Shown here: positions 13,222 through 22,181 of the stretch, in pieces
How the letters are laid out: each line of letters begins with the position of its first letter
Position numbering within the stretch: the first letter of the stretch is position 1
Source: Catajapyx aquilonaris
Taxonomy: Eukaryota
DNA length: 23,325 nt
Reading direction: 5' to 3'
NCBI GenBank assembly: GCA_000934665.2
Contig: KZ538301.1
Location: forward strand, 62,001 to 85,325
Made by a program: the position numbers and the translations under genes
The notes under the pieces: generated by a model
What the model was told of the DNA's origin: nothing
Databases searched by the model: none
What the model saw: only the letters and a program-made list of their open reading frames with translations

Positions 13222-13248
13222 GGGGGGGGGGGGGGGNCCCCCCCCCCC
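13222..13248. other. G15-N-C11 homopolymer junction; possible assembly join
   Basis: The only ambiguous base I saw (n at 13237) sits exactly between a G run and a C run. Confidence 0.6.
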
Positions 13249-13544
13249 GCCCCCTCGCGTAATTATTGGTCCATCTCTATACCTCACAAAGTGACATCGA
13301 GAGCTTCAAAATCCCGTAAAGTTCATATCCGTATAAACTGTTTTGGCTTTAAAATGATAAGGCTAAAACACTTTGGTCAAAAATGGGGTAGGCCTATGTG
13401 GGTGGTGTCGTTCGTCATTTATTTCTCTCCCCCTCTCGTGATTTTTGCGTCATCTGCATACCCCAACAAATGTCCATCGACAGAGCTTCAAAACTGGTAA
13501 AAGACGTCTTTATAACTTTTCCAGTTTTCGAATAGACCAGACGC

Positions 13545-13898
13545 AAAATTTCAACCACTTTTTGCAAGGGTTCCTATTATTTTGTCCAACCGAAGCAGTG
13601 GTGGCGGAGGGGATATGGTATCCGACTGCTAATCGGGAGGTCCTGGGTTCGAATCCCGGTGCCGGTAACTCTAACCGTGGTTTTCTGTGGTTTCCCATCA
13701 CGGTTCCTCCAGGAGAATTCCGGAGTTGTTTCCTAAACTAATAGGCCACAGCCGCCTCCTTCCTTCCCTATCCTATCCCAAAAAGCGCAGTAAAAACGAA
13801 AACGAAAAGTTCCAGTCATTTAAAAAAAATATCCCCCCTAAAGAGCCGCCGGCTGATAACGGGGTATGAATTATTATTATTATTTTGTCCAAGCCCTG
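13545..13898. mobile_element. Orphan Tc1-like terminal inverted repeat interrupted by SINE copy B
   Basis: Removing the SINE and one TSD restores ...GCAAGGGTTCCTATTATTTTGTCCAAGCCCTG|TA. Its reverse complement, TA|CAGGGCTTGGACAAAATAATAGGAACC, has the form of a Tc1-type terminus. No partner end was found in the window and the inner boundary is uncertain. Confidence 0.5.
13589..13877 (+). mobile_element. tRNA-derived SINE (copy B), same head and central domain as copy A but a different, shorter 3' body
   Basis: A 14-bp TSD TATTATTTTGTCCA lies at 13575-13588 and 13878-13891. The head ACCGAAGCAGTGGTGGCGGAGGGGATATGGTATCCGACTGCTAATCGGGAGGTCCTGGGTTCGAATCCCGG is nearly identical to 4089-4159. It shares AATAGGCCACAGCCGC(C/T)TCCTTCC and ends CGGGGTATGAA plus a short (TTA) tail. 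Confidence 0.92.
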
Positions 13899-13982
13899 TA
13901 TATGACATATCCCAGCTTTTCATAAAGTAATGAAGTTTCTAAACAATTTCTGCATATGTTGAAACGTAACAAAATGTAAGTA

Positions 13983-14874
13983 AGGGAGATCGGGGTCGGT
14001 TGTAACAGGGTACGGTTGTAACATCGCTAATAATAAATACGTTTGGAAGCCTCTGAAGCTGAAACTCACACAGTACGTGTGCCACTAGGATCTCTAAGCC
14101 AGGCAAAACTTCGGATACTCCTTTTTTGTTCTTTGTTTTTTCTAATTTATATTTTTTAAAACCAAATCAAGGTATGTTCCCAACTTTTTTGAGTGGCAGT
14201 AATTAAGTGATTATGCGGGGGGTGTAATTGAATTGCCCTCGGTATTATGAGAAACTGAGAAAGGTTCCTTTAGTGGGGTCACACCAACGCAACGGTATGG
14301 ATGACCAAATCAAGTGCACAGTTAAAAAGTAGTAAGCATATAATTATACAAAACAACACACAATCGGGCCTGTTGTAACAACTTCCTTGGGGTAGGTTGT
14401 AACATGGTAAAATCATGAGATAAAGGTCAAGTATGTGTACAGATGTTACAGCTACATATCTCACAGGATATTGAGAGTAGAAATAGTTATTATTTTGTGC
14501 AATAAAGCCTCTTATAACCAGTTTGTCGAAAATTTATATGAATAAAAAATCAATTTCTTGTCAACCTTGTACACATATGATGAGTAGATATATTGCTCTT
14601 CCGTATTACATTTTCCCCTTAAGACATAGTGTTACAATCGACCCCACCCTCTGTTACAACCGCCCATGTGATGGGGTCGGTTGTAACACTCTGCCTTGCC
14701 TTGGAAAAATATTTATAAATCTATCAATATTAAATCTTAAGATTTTATTATGATAATTTTACAAATAGGATTGTTGCCTTATTTCCACCACGTCATAAAC
14801 CTTTGCCTAAATGCATATGTAACTGAATAAAAAAATCCAGACTAAAAAGTAGTACAACCGACCCCGATCCCCCT
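13983..14874. mobile_element. Non-autonomous Tc1/mariner (pogo/Fot1-like) MITE, about 890 bp
   Basis: TIRs AGGGAGATCGGGGTCGGTTGTA (13983-14004) and TACAACCGACCCCGATCCCCCT (14853-14874) match 21/22. TA is present on the left and TC on the right (a possibly mutated TSD). The TIR core GGTTGTAAC recurs internally in both orientations. No transposase ORF. Confidence 0.85.
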
Positions 14875-16475
14875 TCCTGTTCGTCATAACTCCCTGGCAT
14901 TGATATTACTGACCCGAGTCCCATTTTGGAAGGGAGAGGTGGAGAACCGTTTTGGGTAAATCTCTTCAACTCTCTGCCAAAGCCAACGAAAACAATAAAG
15001 AGTGAGAAACGACGGAATTGAACATTACAAACAAAACTTAAGCGCGGCACTTGGGCCTTAAATGCATTCAAGTAGTACAATAGGCTCTCCATATAAATCC
15101 CTTATTAAACCGGCAGCCATTTTTTAAAATGAAATGCCAGTCAACATTAAAGACCGTGAACCAGCTGCAGCACTGTAAGCCTATATAGTGTTTTAATCTT
15201 CAGGAGGGAATAGAAAGCTAGCCTTGCACAGCCTTTATCCTGGTAGTCAATTTCCTCTCCAAAGAAAAGCACCAACTATATAGAGAATATGAAGGAAGGA
15301 TTAGCGCCGTTCTTTTCATCTCATACACCCATATTTGGAAGGCCTAAAAAAAGCAGTAGCCGTAAGAGTTGGAAGATTTCGGCCATAGTCAAGCCCATCA
15401 TTGAGCGACATTTATTCCCGAGGGGACTTGTTAATGACGCCCATTTTCCATGCAAAAGGCCAATTAGTCATCGCTTCTTCGATCTTGATTACCTTCGCTC
15501 TTAGAAAGGAGGACAAAGGCAAAAAAGAGGCCGCTAAAAAAATCCATCTTGCTCCTAATGGCCAATATTCTTCGTCTCGTCTTCCTGAAGGAGCAGCCCT
15601 TAACGTGGGCAGTATTATATTTTATGTAGGAAAGGAGGCGGCGCCATCTGCCCTAGCTCTCATCCTTCCAAAATATGCGGACTACTTTTTTTTCTATTCC
15701 GCGAATATTATTTTTTTTGGAACAGGGCACGTCACGTGTGGTGACGATGATTTCATGTGATGACGCAGTCGGATGAGTTTATCTTGCTCGACTTGTCGAC
15801 ATGATCCGACGGCAAAAGGGAGCTCAGGGCAAGTGCGCCGTAAAACCCGGATTCCATTAGTGATTCATCGTGATTTCCTCCCCTCGGGAGAGAATTGGGA
15901 GGGAGGGAGGGATTGGGGAGGATACGGGGATTGACGACAGTTAACGAGGAGGTTCATATCTCCCTTCCAGCAGGGGTTCAACTAGACCTGATCTGACTTG
16001 AGTCCGACAATCAAGACGCCACTCATCAAGCCAGCGACCATTCCCATGTTCCGAAAGTTAATGATATCAAAAATTAGGGCAACAAATCACATGTGTCAAT
16101 GAGTGACGTGACACAGTGCATAATGATATCGAAACCCTTATTCGCTTATGTGGCAACGTAAATTTTTTTGCATACATCTGGTCGACACAATGGGAGGTTG
16201 CCTATAAATGGTTTGATCATGAGAGAGTGAGAGTATATTACATCAAAGGTCTCCCAAGTGACAAATATGCTGAATAAAATCCTGACCAGGTCGAAGCGAA
16301 TATTGTCATTTGATGTGGCTGAGAAAAAAAGGATTATTCAACTATATATACGGATACGAAATGGGTCAGCGGGTCATAACCAGAGTTTAATCCAGAAAGC
16401 TGAATACGTAATCCCATTTGAAGCATTTTGTCGAATCTTGGGCTCAACAAGATTTGTGTAATCTTCAATGGTTGG

Positions 16476-16749
16476 TGGGTATCAAATCATATCACACGAT
16501 TATATAGGATGGTGCACTGCTCAAAAATGCCCAGGAAAGGGAAGAGTCATGGATTGTTCCTAGCACTCAGTTTAAAAAGAAGCAAACCATTTTAAGCAAC
16601 AAGCATTTGTCATGATTGTTGCTCCTCCTTAACCGCCTGAAGGCTAGAGTAAACACTCCCGAACTTTCCCCGTCCCTTTGCATTGTGGACTTGGGCACTT
16701 CACCATCCTGCACATCTTACTGATTTGCATGGTTTGCACTGCTCTACGT
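16476..16749 (+). pseudogene. Degraded non-LTR retrotransposon ORF2 C-terminal fragment (possible RNase H remnant plus CCHC zinc knuckle)
   Basis: Manual translation gives WVSNH at 16476-16490 (like the RNase H WVxxH motif) and LLLNRLK...SPSLC at 16622-16681. After a 1-nt frameshift it reads CGLGHFTILHILLIC...R (16684-16749), fitting the C-x(1-3)-C-x(7-8)-H-x4-C motif of LINE ORF2. Confidence 0.45.
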
Positions 16750-17467
16750 ACTTATTTACTCTATTCATTTTGAGACAGCAATGTCTTTCAATAGCAAATG
16801 GAAAAATAATGTGAGTTCAAATTTCGGGTTCAGATAGTGTCCCTGAACTGGGAGATTTTCCACAGCAAATTAAAATGACGAAGAAATAAGCACAATTTCC
16901 TAAGCCTTTAATAATAATTTAGGATGTAATTGATTCTCCCTTTCCCGAGTGTATCAGTACAGAAAAATCATGGGTGCCGCTTTGATCTTCTGTGGCATGT
17001 GGATATTTTGCTATTATTTTCTATACAAACCAGAACGCTTCTGATGTCATGATGTGGCCTATAATACTGTAGCCATCGGCTTTATAGTGTGCCGCAGCGA
17101 ATTATGTGGTAAATGAATAATTAGGCAGCATAATGGCATCAGAATCACTCTGACTCCAATAGAAATCAAGAGCAAAGCGTTCCAATCCAAATTATAGAAG
17201 CGAGGGATAAAAATAAATAACTGGGTATAATAAACTGGGTATAATAAATAACTGTCATGGAATATAATTATAATATAACCATCCAGACTACAGCAAAACA
17301 GCTACAAAAAATATAACTTAAGTAATGTAAAACATCCCAAATGAATTAATTATTTTTGAAACCTGTGGCCCTAATAACAGTTTAGAACTCCATATTCCCA
17401 ACAGAGGAACCCCCAGCATTCCTTGATATAACTTCACCTGTTCCTACTGTGTGTAGCAGATAACTAT

Positions 17468-17736
17468 TTCCTTTCACCTGCGTCAGGAGGGTCTCTGACC
17501 TGCACCAAGGAGGTGTCTGGCAACCTAACCTCCTGGGGAACAGCACATGACCCCTTTACCGACATTGCACTTGCACCAATGTTCCCTCCCCAAAAATCCC
17601 TACATCCTTACCCCATGTCCTTTCATCCTTGCACCGGAGTTAGAAGAAAAAATCAGAAAATTGAAGGAAAAATGGTGGCATTCCACCCCACCCCCTATAT
17701 GGGCCTATGGCCCTATCACGGAGTAACGTAAAATAA

Positions 17737-17780
<44 letters not shown>

Positions 17781-17796
17781 TAACAATAACAATAAC

Positions 17797-17842
<46 letters not shown>
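17468..17842 (+). mobile_element. 5'-truncated SINE (copy C) related to the 3' body of copy A, with an (AAT/AAC)n tail
   Basis: 17541-17590 (CAGCACATGACCCC...GACATTGCACTTGCACCAATGT) aligns with 4351-4400 (CTGCACACGACCCCC...GACATTGCACATGCACCAGTGT). It shares GTGG(C/T)ATTCCAC and the terminal stem-loop GGGCC-TAT-GGCCC-TATCACGGAGTA. No TSD found; the 5' boundary is approximate. Confidence 0.75.
17731..17842. repeat. (AAT)n microsatellite with interspersed AAC; tail of SINE copy C
   Basis: Seen directly. Confidence 0.95.
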
Positions 17843-18241
17843 GGCTGATTTCAAGACTGATCCACCTGAATTACGAGGGCATGCTGATAATTTTTGCCTT
17901 CATGGACACAGAGTGTGTAACACATGTCACAGGACAACGAGAGTGACATCAAATGAAATCCTGGAATACATGGTCTTCAAAAACATATATTTGCTGTTCT
18001 TCATAATCACCATCTACAGCAATACACATGCTCCAACGATGTACTACATCGCTCAAAAAAATGGAGACGCTTCTGCATTTGAAGACCTCGGGAGAAAAAC
18101 GATCAAGGTCCATCTCATGTGAAACTGAGATATTGCAATTTCAAACTTTGAAGACTCGCCACAATATTCTTGTGTACATCCCACGTTGGTTTGAAAGTCA
18201 TTATTAATGGTACATACCATGGGGTACATGTGCAACAATTA

Positions 18242-18282
18242 TTTATTTTATTTTATTTTATTTTCAGTACCCCGGAGGGCTT
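18242..18282 (-). mobile_element. 41-bp extremely 5'-truncated retroposon tail
   Basis: A perfect 15-bp TSD CATGTGCAACAATTA lies at 18227-18241 and 18283-18297. The minus strand reads AAGCCCTCCGGGGTACTG(AAAAT)n, with the same CGGGGTA terminus as the SINEs. Confidence 0.8.
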
Positions 18283-18312
18283 CATGTGCAACAATTAAAA
18301 CCAATACTGTTG

Positions 18313-18900
18313 TCAGCATTGGTTTTTATTTATCAACATCAGTACCACATTTGTGGCAAAGGGCAGGTCCACATAAAAATGTCGATAACCCTGGGGTTTC
18401 AATTGCATGAGGCTTTTAAAATTATAGTACAGTATTTCGCTAGCGAAATTGGCAATCGCTCTGGATACATATGACGAGTCTGACCGGAAGGTGCTACATG
18501 CCTCTTCACAACAATAGACAATCCCCAAGGCGGCCCATCTAAAGTGTTCCTGTGAAAGATGAGCTTGGGTTCGCTTTCAAGGATCTTCTCTCTGCTTTTC
18601 TGAATAGGAAATGAGCATTTGGAGACAGAGTTTTTATAGGTATGAATAACGGGAAAAGTATTAGGCTTTCGACGTGCATCTGCAAAAGTCGTGGCCCAAT
18701 CAGAAGGAAGAAACGTTTCAGAACGTTGGTTTGTCAAGCCAAAATCTTTGTCACACTATTCCAAGTAACTGTGACCTCTAATGGGAAATGTCACTTGGAT
18801 TGTTAGAAACCTATGCACAAACAACTGTAGCATGATACACGAGGCCTCTGAGGATTGTGTAGTTTTTATTTTGCCCACCATTTGCAAAAAACAGTTGACT
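18313..18900 (-). pseudogene. DDE transposase C-terminal remnant, Sola1-like
   Basis: Minus-strand motifs occur in the expected order: LFFANGGQNKNYTILR (GQNKN at 18862-18876), a frameshift, then TFPIRGHSYLE*CDKDFGL...PSDW...ARRKPNTFPV. The C-terminus reads YPERLPISLAKY...KSLMQLKPQGYRHFYVDLP. These match my recollection of the D..GQNKN and GHS..CD.DFG transposase motifs. Frameshifts and an in-frame stop are present. Confidence 0.78.
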
Positions 18901-19561
18901 GTCGCCAAGTGCAAAGGTAGACGTTGATCATTTCCCCCCCAAAGGTGGTGGACGTTGATCGTTTTTCCAACAATGCCAAATATTTCAGGGTCTCTCATAG
19001 CGAACTATGCTTATTTCACCACAACAACGACCAAACAATCATATTCTACGCTACTCAAACTATCTCATGGAATATGTTACTCATTTTTGACAAAAAGTGG
19101 ACCTTGATCGTTTTCTCCCGAGGTCTTCATTTGCTTTCAATGCAAAAGCGTCTCTATCTTTTTGAGCGGTATGGTATCTGCAATGTTTTTAAGTGTCGCA
19201 AGGAAGTCCGGGAAAGGAAAATCAAAATAAAGTAAAAAAGATAAGAAAAAACAAGGCAAAGTAGGAAAATTTTAGGGGGGAAATTCACATCAAATCTATA
19301 TGTAAGCATTGTGTACCTGATGAAACATTTTGGTCATTTAAAAAATTATTTAAAAATCGGGATGGGTCATGCGAGTCACCAGAGGCCCAGAAAAGGTTGT
19401 CCATAGGGTTGCGTCGAAATAAGGTCGGAAACACTGCTGCACATTGATGATAAACATTTCGTCCATAGAGTCGTACCATTTTTTATGAGCGGGAGAGTAT
19501 ATCTTTTGCGCAGTTTTACTGCTGTTGCTGGTGATTACGAAGAAAGGTACTAGTGTAAATA

Positions 19562-20586
19562 CCGTAAAGTGGGGCTACTTTGTACCAATATTTGGTTATT
19601 TTGGTTAATATCTCCCTTACTATTGCAGTTTCAAACTTTAACAAATTATGCACCATTCTTGAACATCTTAGCAGCACTTTTGCACTATTGTTCGTGCAGG
19701 ACAGATTATTATAATTATAACACTATACAGAAAATGTCAAAGTTTGACTAAAGTAGCCTCATGGCGTTTAGTCCAGTATGATGAACCCCTTGGAAAAATG
19801 TCCGAGGTTGAATTAAACCCCATTATTGGTCCAGATAATACATAGCCCAAGACATGTGTACATCTTGGAGTTGTGGGGTCCCTCGGATATCATTTAAAAT
19901 AGCAGCTCCGAATATGTTGTAAGTGACATTGGTGAAAATGATCACTCACAACATTATTCGGGGCGACCTTTCATTTGTCTGAATAAGCGGCATTTTTAAA
20001 TGATATTTCGTGTGAATAATCAAATATATTGGTACAATAATTGCTACTGGTACTGTACAGTAATACATTGGTAATGGCATGGAGACACTTTTTGAGCTCA
20101 CCCAGAGAGTTCAGTTTATCATGGCCATAATGTACAAGTAGTCTTGGGGCTTCTTTCATCCAAGAATATTACGGACCAAAGTACTTACAACTTTTTTGAT
20201 TTCTTTCCCCCCACACAATTCCTGATAATAATTATTTTTCGACTTACATATGCCTTGAACGGCAACTAAATGTACTACAAATCCTAGCATGCTAAATGAA
20301 GGTGACACCTACACGTGCGGCTGCACCGGTCTTAGTAGTACGGACTCTTTGAAAACACGCGCCAAAGTGACAACGCGCACAAAGCGGAAAGTATCCCTCT
20401 GCTGGCGGGTTTACAAACTTCGATGTATGACGCCTTTACCACAGATGCACCAACTCTAAGTGATTCTGACTGTGATTATTACATGTAGTTAGTATCATTA
20501 CATGCCATCTTATGCATTTTGGAAGTACTTGGTACGTGCTTGGACCAAAGTAGCCCCGCATGGACCAAAGTAGCCCGATTTTACGG
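19562..20586. mobile_element. Non-autonomous Tc1/mariner (pogo-like) MITE, 1,025 bp, inserted into the right TIR of the 17874-20700 element
   Basis: Termini are TA|CCGTAAAGTGGGGCTACTTTG and CAAAGTAGCCCGATTTTACGG|TA, with TA at 19560-19561 and 20587-20588. TGGACCAAAGTAGCCC occurs in tandem at 20541 and 20561, with variants at about 19746 and 20174. Host TIR similarity resumes on both sides. Confidence 0.88.
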
Positions 20587-21846
20587 TATATGGTTTTGAA
20601 GATGAGATTCCAGCCATTCATTTTATGTCTCTCTCATTGTCCTGTGACCTGTATTACACCTGTTACCAAGAAGGGGGCAAATATTATCAGCATTCCCTCG
20701 TACAACAAATTTGCAGGTTTGGAGACTTTTTGTCAATTATCGTCTGAGGTCGCGAATTGATGACCAATGATTATTGATAAAAATTATAGTTATATAATGA
20801 ATCTGAATAAGTGGTCTCTGTCGTTTTGGTTTGATCAGGTATCTCCTAATATTTGGGTCCAGTTGGCGTCCCGAGCAAAACAGCCATTGTCTTGCATTAG
20901 CTTCATACACGCACATTAACCCCATGCTACACAGCAGGCCACAATGAAGTCTGTCGAAAACGAACCGCTAATTGGTCGCATCAGGAGTTTAGGGGAGGAC
21001 CAAACGAGTCCACAAATCGGCGATTTCGACCCAACCGATGTCATTCAATCCTCATCGGGAATCGCCAATAAAAAGAACTGCATGGCTTGGTTCGCTTGGC
21101 TCTGTTTCGTCGGATTCTATTTCCACCGGTCGGCAAAGGGGCCAGCACACACACACAACCCCACACACACAGGTCGGGGCTCCCACCGGCACAAATTACT
21201 GTCGCTGTCACCAGGACTAAACCGGAATTGACGGCTTGACACTCGACACGCCAGTGCTCCTCCTGCACACCGTTCGTATAAGAGGCAGGCTACATCATGC
21301 GACAACTCCTCCCTTGTCAGCCCTACTTCACACCTCTTCTTTTTTTTGGGGGGGGGAGGAGGGAGGGAGGGAGAACAAGACTTTTTTCCACGCTCGGGCA
21401 CATTTTTTATGAATATTTTGCGAGCTAAAAAGTCAAAGTGCAAGCAGTGCCTGGGCTATTTCGGACTGTAAAGATCAGGGCCAGAAAGAAAACTGGGGCA
21501 AGAGAATATCAAGTCATATTAAAGCTGGTTTTCGTCGCAGAGGCTTCGCAACATTATGGTGTTGGTGTTGTAAGATGCCGCCTCCCTCAGAGAAATCAGT
21601 TTGCTATCCGTCCTTGCAATAACAGCAGTTAAGTCTAATAACCTTTCTTTGCATGGTTGTATTTATGCACGCGTGTACTTGTGCTTGAGTTGGCCATGTT
21701 CAGAGCACAGTACATGTACAGCCAGCTTTTCCTCGAACGTTTTCCGCATTGGACTCGCGTCCATAGCGATGAAACACAAAAAATATATAGCACAACTTCA
21801 AATTTGAATATGGAAAAAAATACGTAAGTGAAATAAAACACGACTG

Positions 21847-22101
21847 GGGGAGGCATGGTGGTCTGGTGGTTACGCCACTGGCCAGCCAAGCGGGAGGCCG
21901 GGGTTCAAATCCGTGGCCGGATCGTTTTCCGCTTTTCACCCGACATGCCGGAGCAGAATTGCACTGCCTTCTCTGCTCGGGGCCAGGAGAAAAGGTCTGG
22001 TGTATTTCAGAAAGTCAGACATGACTACCGCACAGCGCCCTCCCTTGGGAACCTCCCCCCCCCCCCCCAAGAGGGCCTCGGCCCCTATCACGGGGTATTT
22101 A

Positions 22102-22175
<74 letters not shown>

Positions 22176-22181
22176 ATTTTT
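21847..22181 (+). mobile_element. tRNA-Gly(GCC)-derived SINE (copy D) with (AAT)n tail
   Basis: The head GCATGGTGGTCTGGTGG...CTGGCCAGCCAAGCGGGAGGCCGGGGTTCAAATCCGTGGCC resembles metazoan tRNA-Gly(GCC) (...CTCGCCTGCCACGCGGGAGGCCCGGGTTCGATTCCCGGCC, from memory). An 11-bp direct repeat AAACACGACTG lies at 21836-21846 and 22182-22192. The 3' end is GAGGGCC-TC-GGCCCC-TATCACGGGGTA. Confidence 0.85.
22102..22173. repeat. (AAT)24 microsatellite; tail of SINE copy D
   Basis: Seen directly. Confidence 0.96.

Larger units (their letters stand above)
18081..19128 (-). mobile_element. Internally deleted Sola1-like DNA transposon (1,048 bp)
   Basis: TIRs GAAGACCTCGGGAGAAAAACGATCAAGGTCCA (18081-18112) and TGGACCTTGATCGTTTTCTCCCGAGGTCTTC (19098-19128) are identical apart from one A. 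A 4-bp TSD ATTT lies at 18077-18080 and 19129-19132; Sola1 is known to target AWWT. Subterminal GACGTTGATC repeats occur at about 18920 and 18951, and a transposase remnant lies inside. Confidence 0.82.
17874..20700. mobile_element. Mariner-type MITE with long (about 190 bp) imperfect TIRs, host of nested insertions; about 750 bp once inserts are removed
   Basis: Termini are TA|CGAGGGCATGCTGATAATTTTTGCC and GGCAAATATTATCAGCATTCCCTCG|TA (23/25 match, TA on both sides). Inverted similarity continues from 17874-17990 versus 20589-20700. It resumes across the inserted MITE as about 17990-18070 versus 19470-19561. Confidence 0.88.

Noticed and set aside
17913..18122. ORF containing KNGDASAFEDLGR, reminiscent of a mariner transposase N-terminus
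   Set aside because: It spans the host TIR, the hairpin arm and the Sola TIR junction, so the similarity is coincidental.
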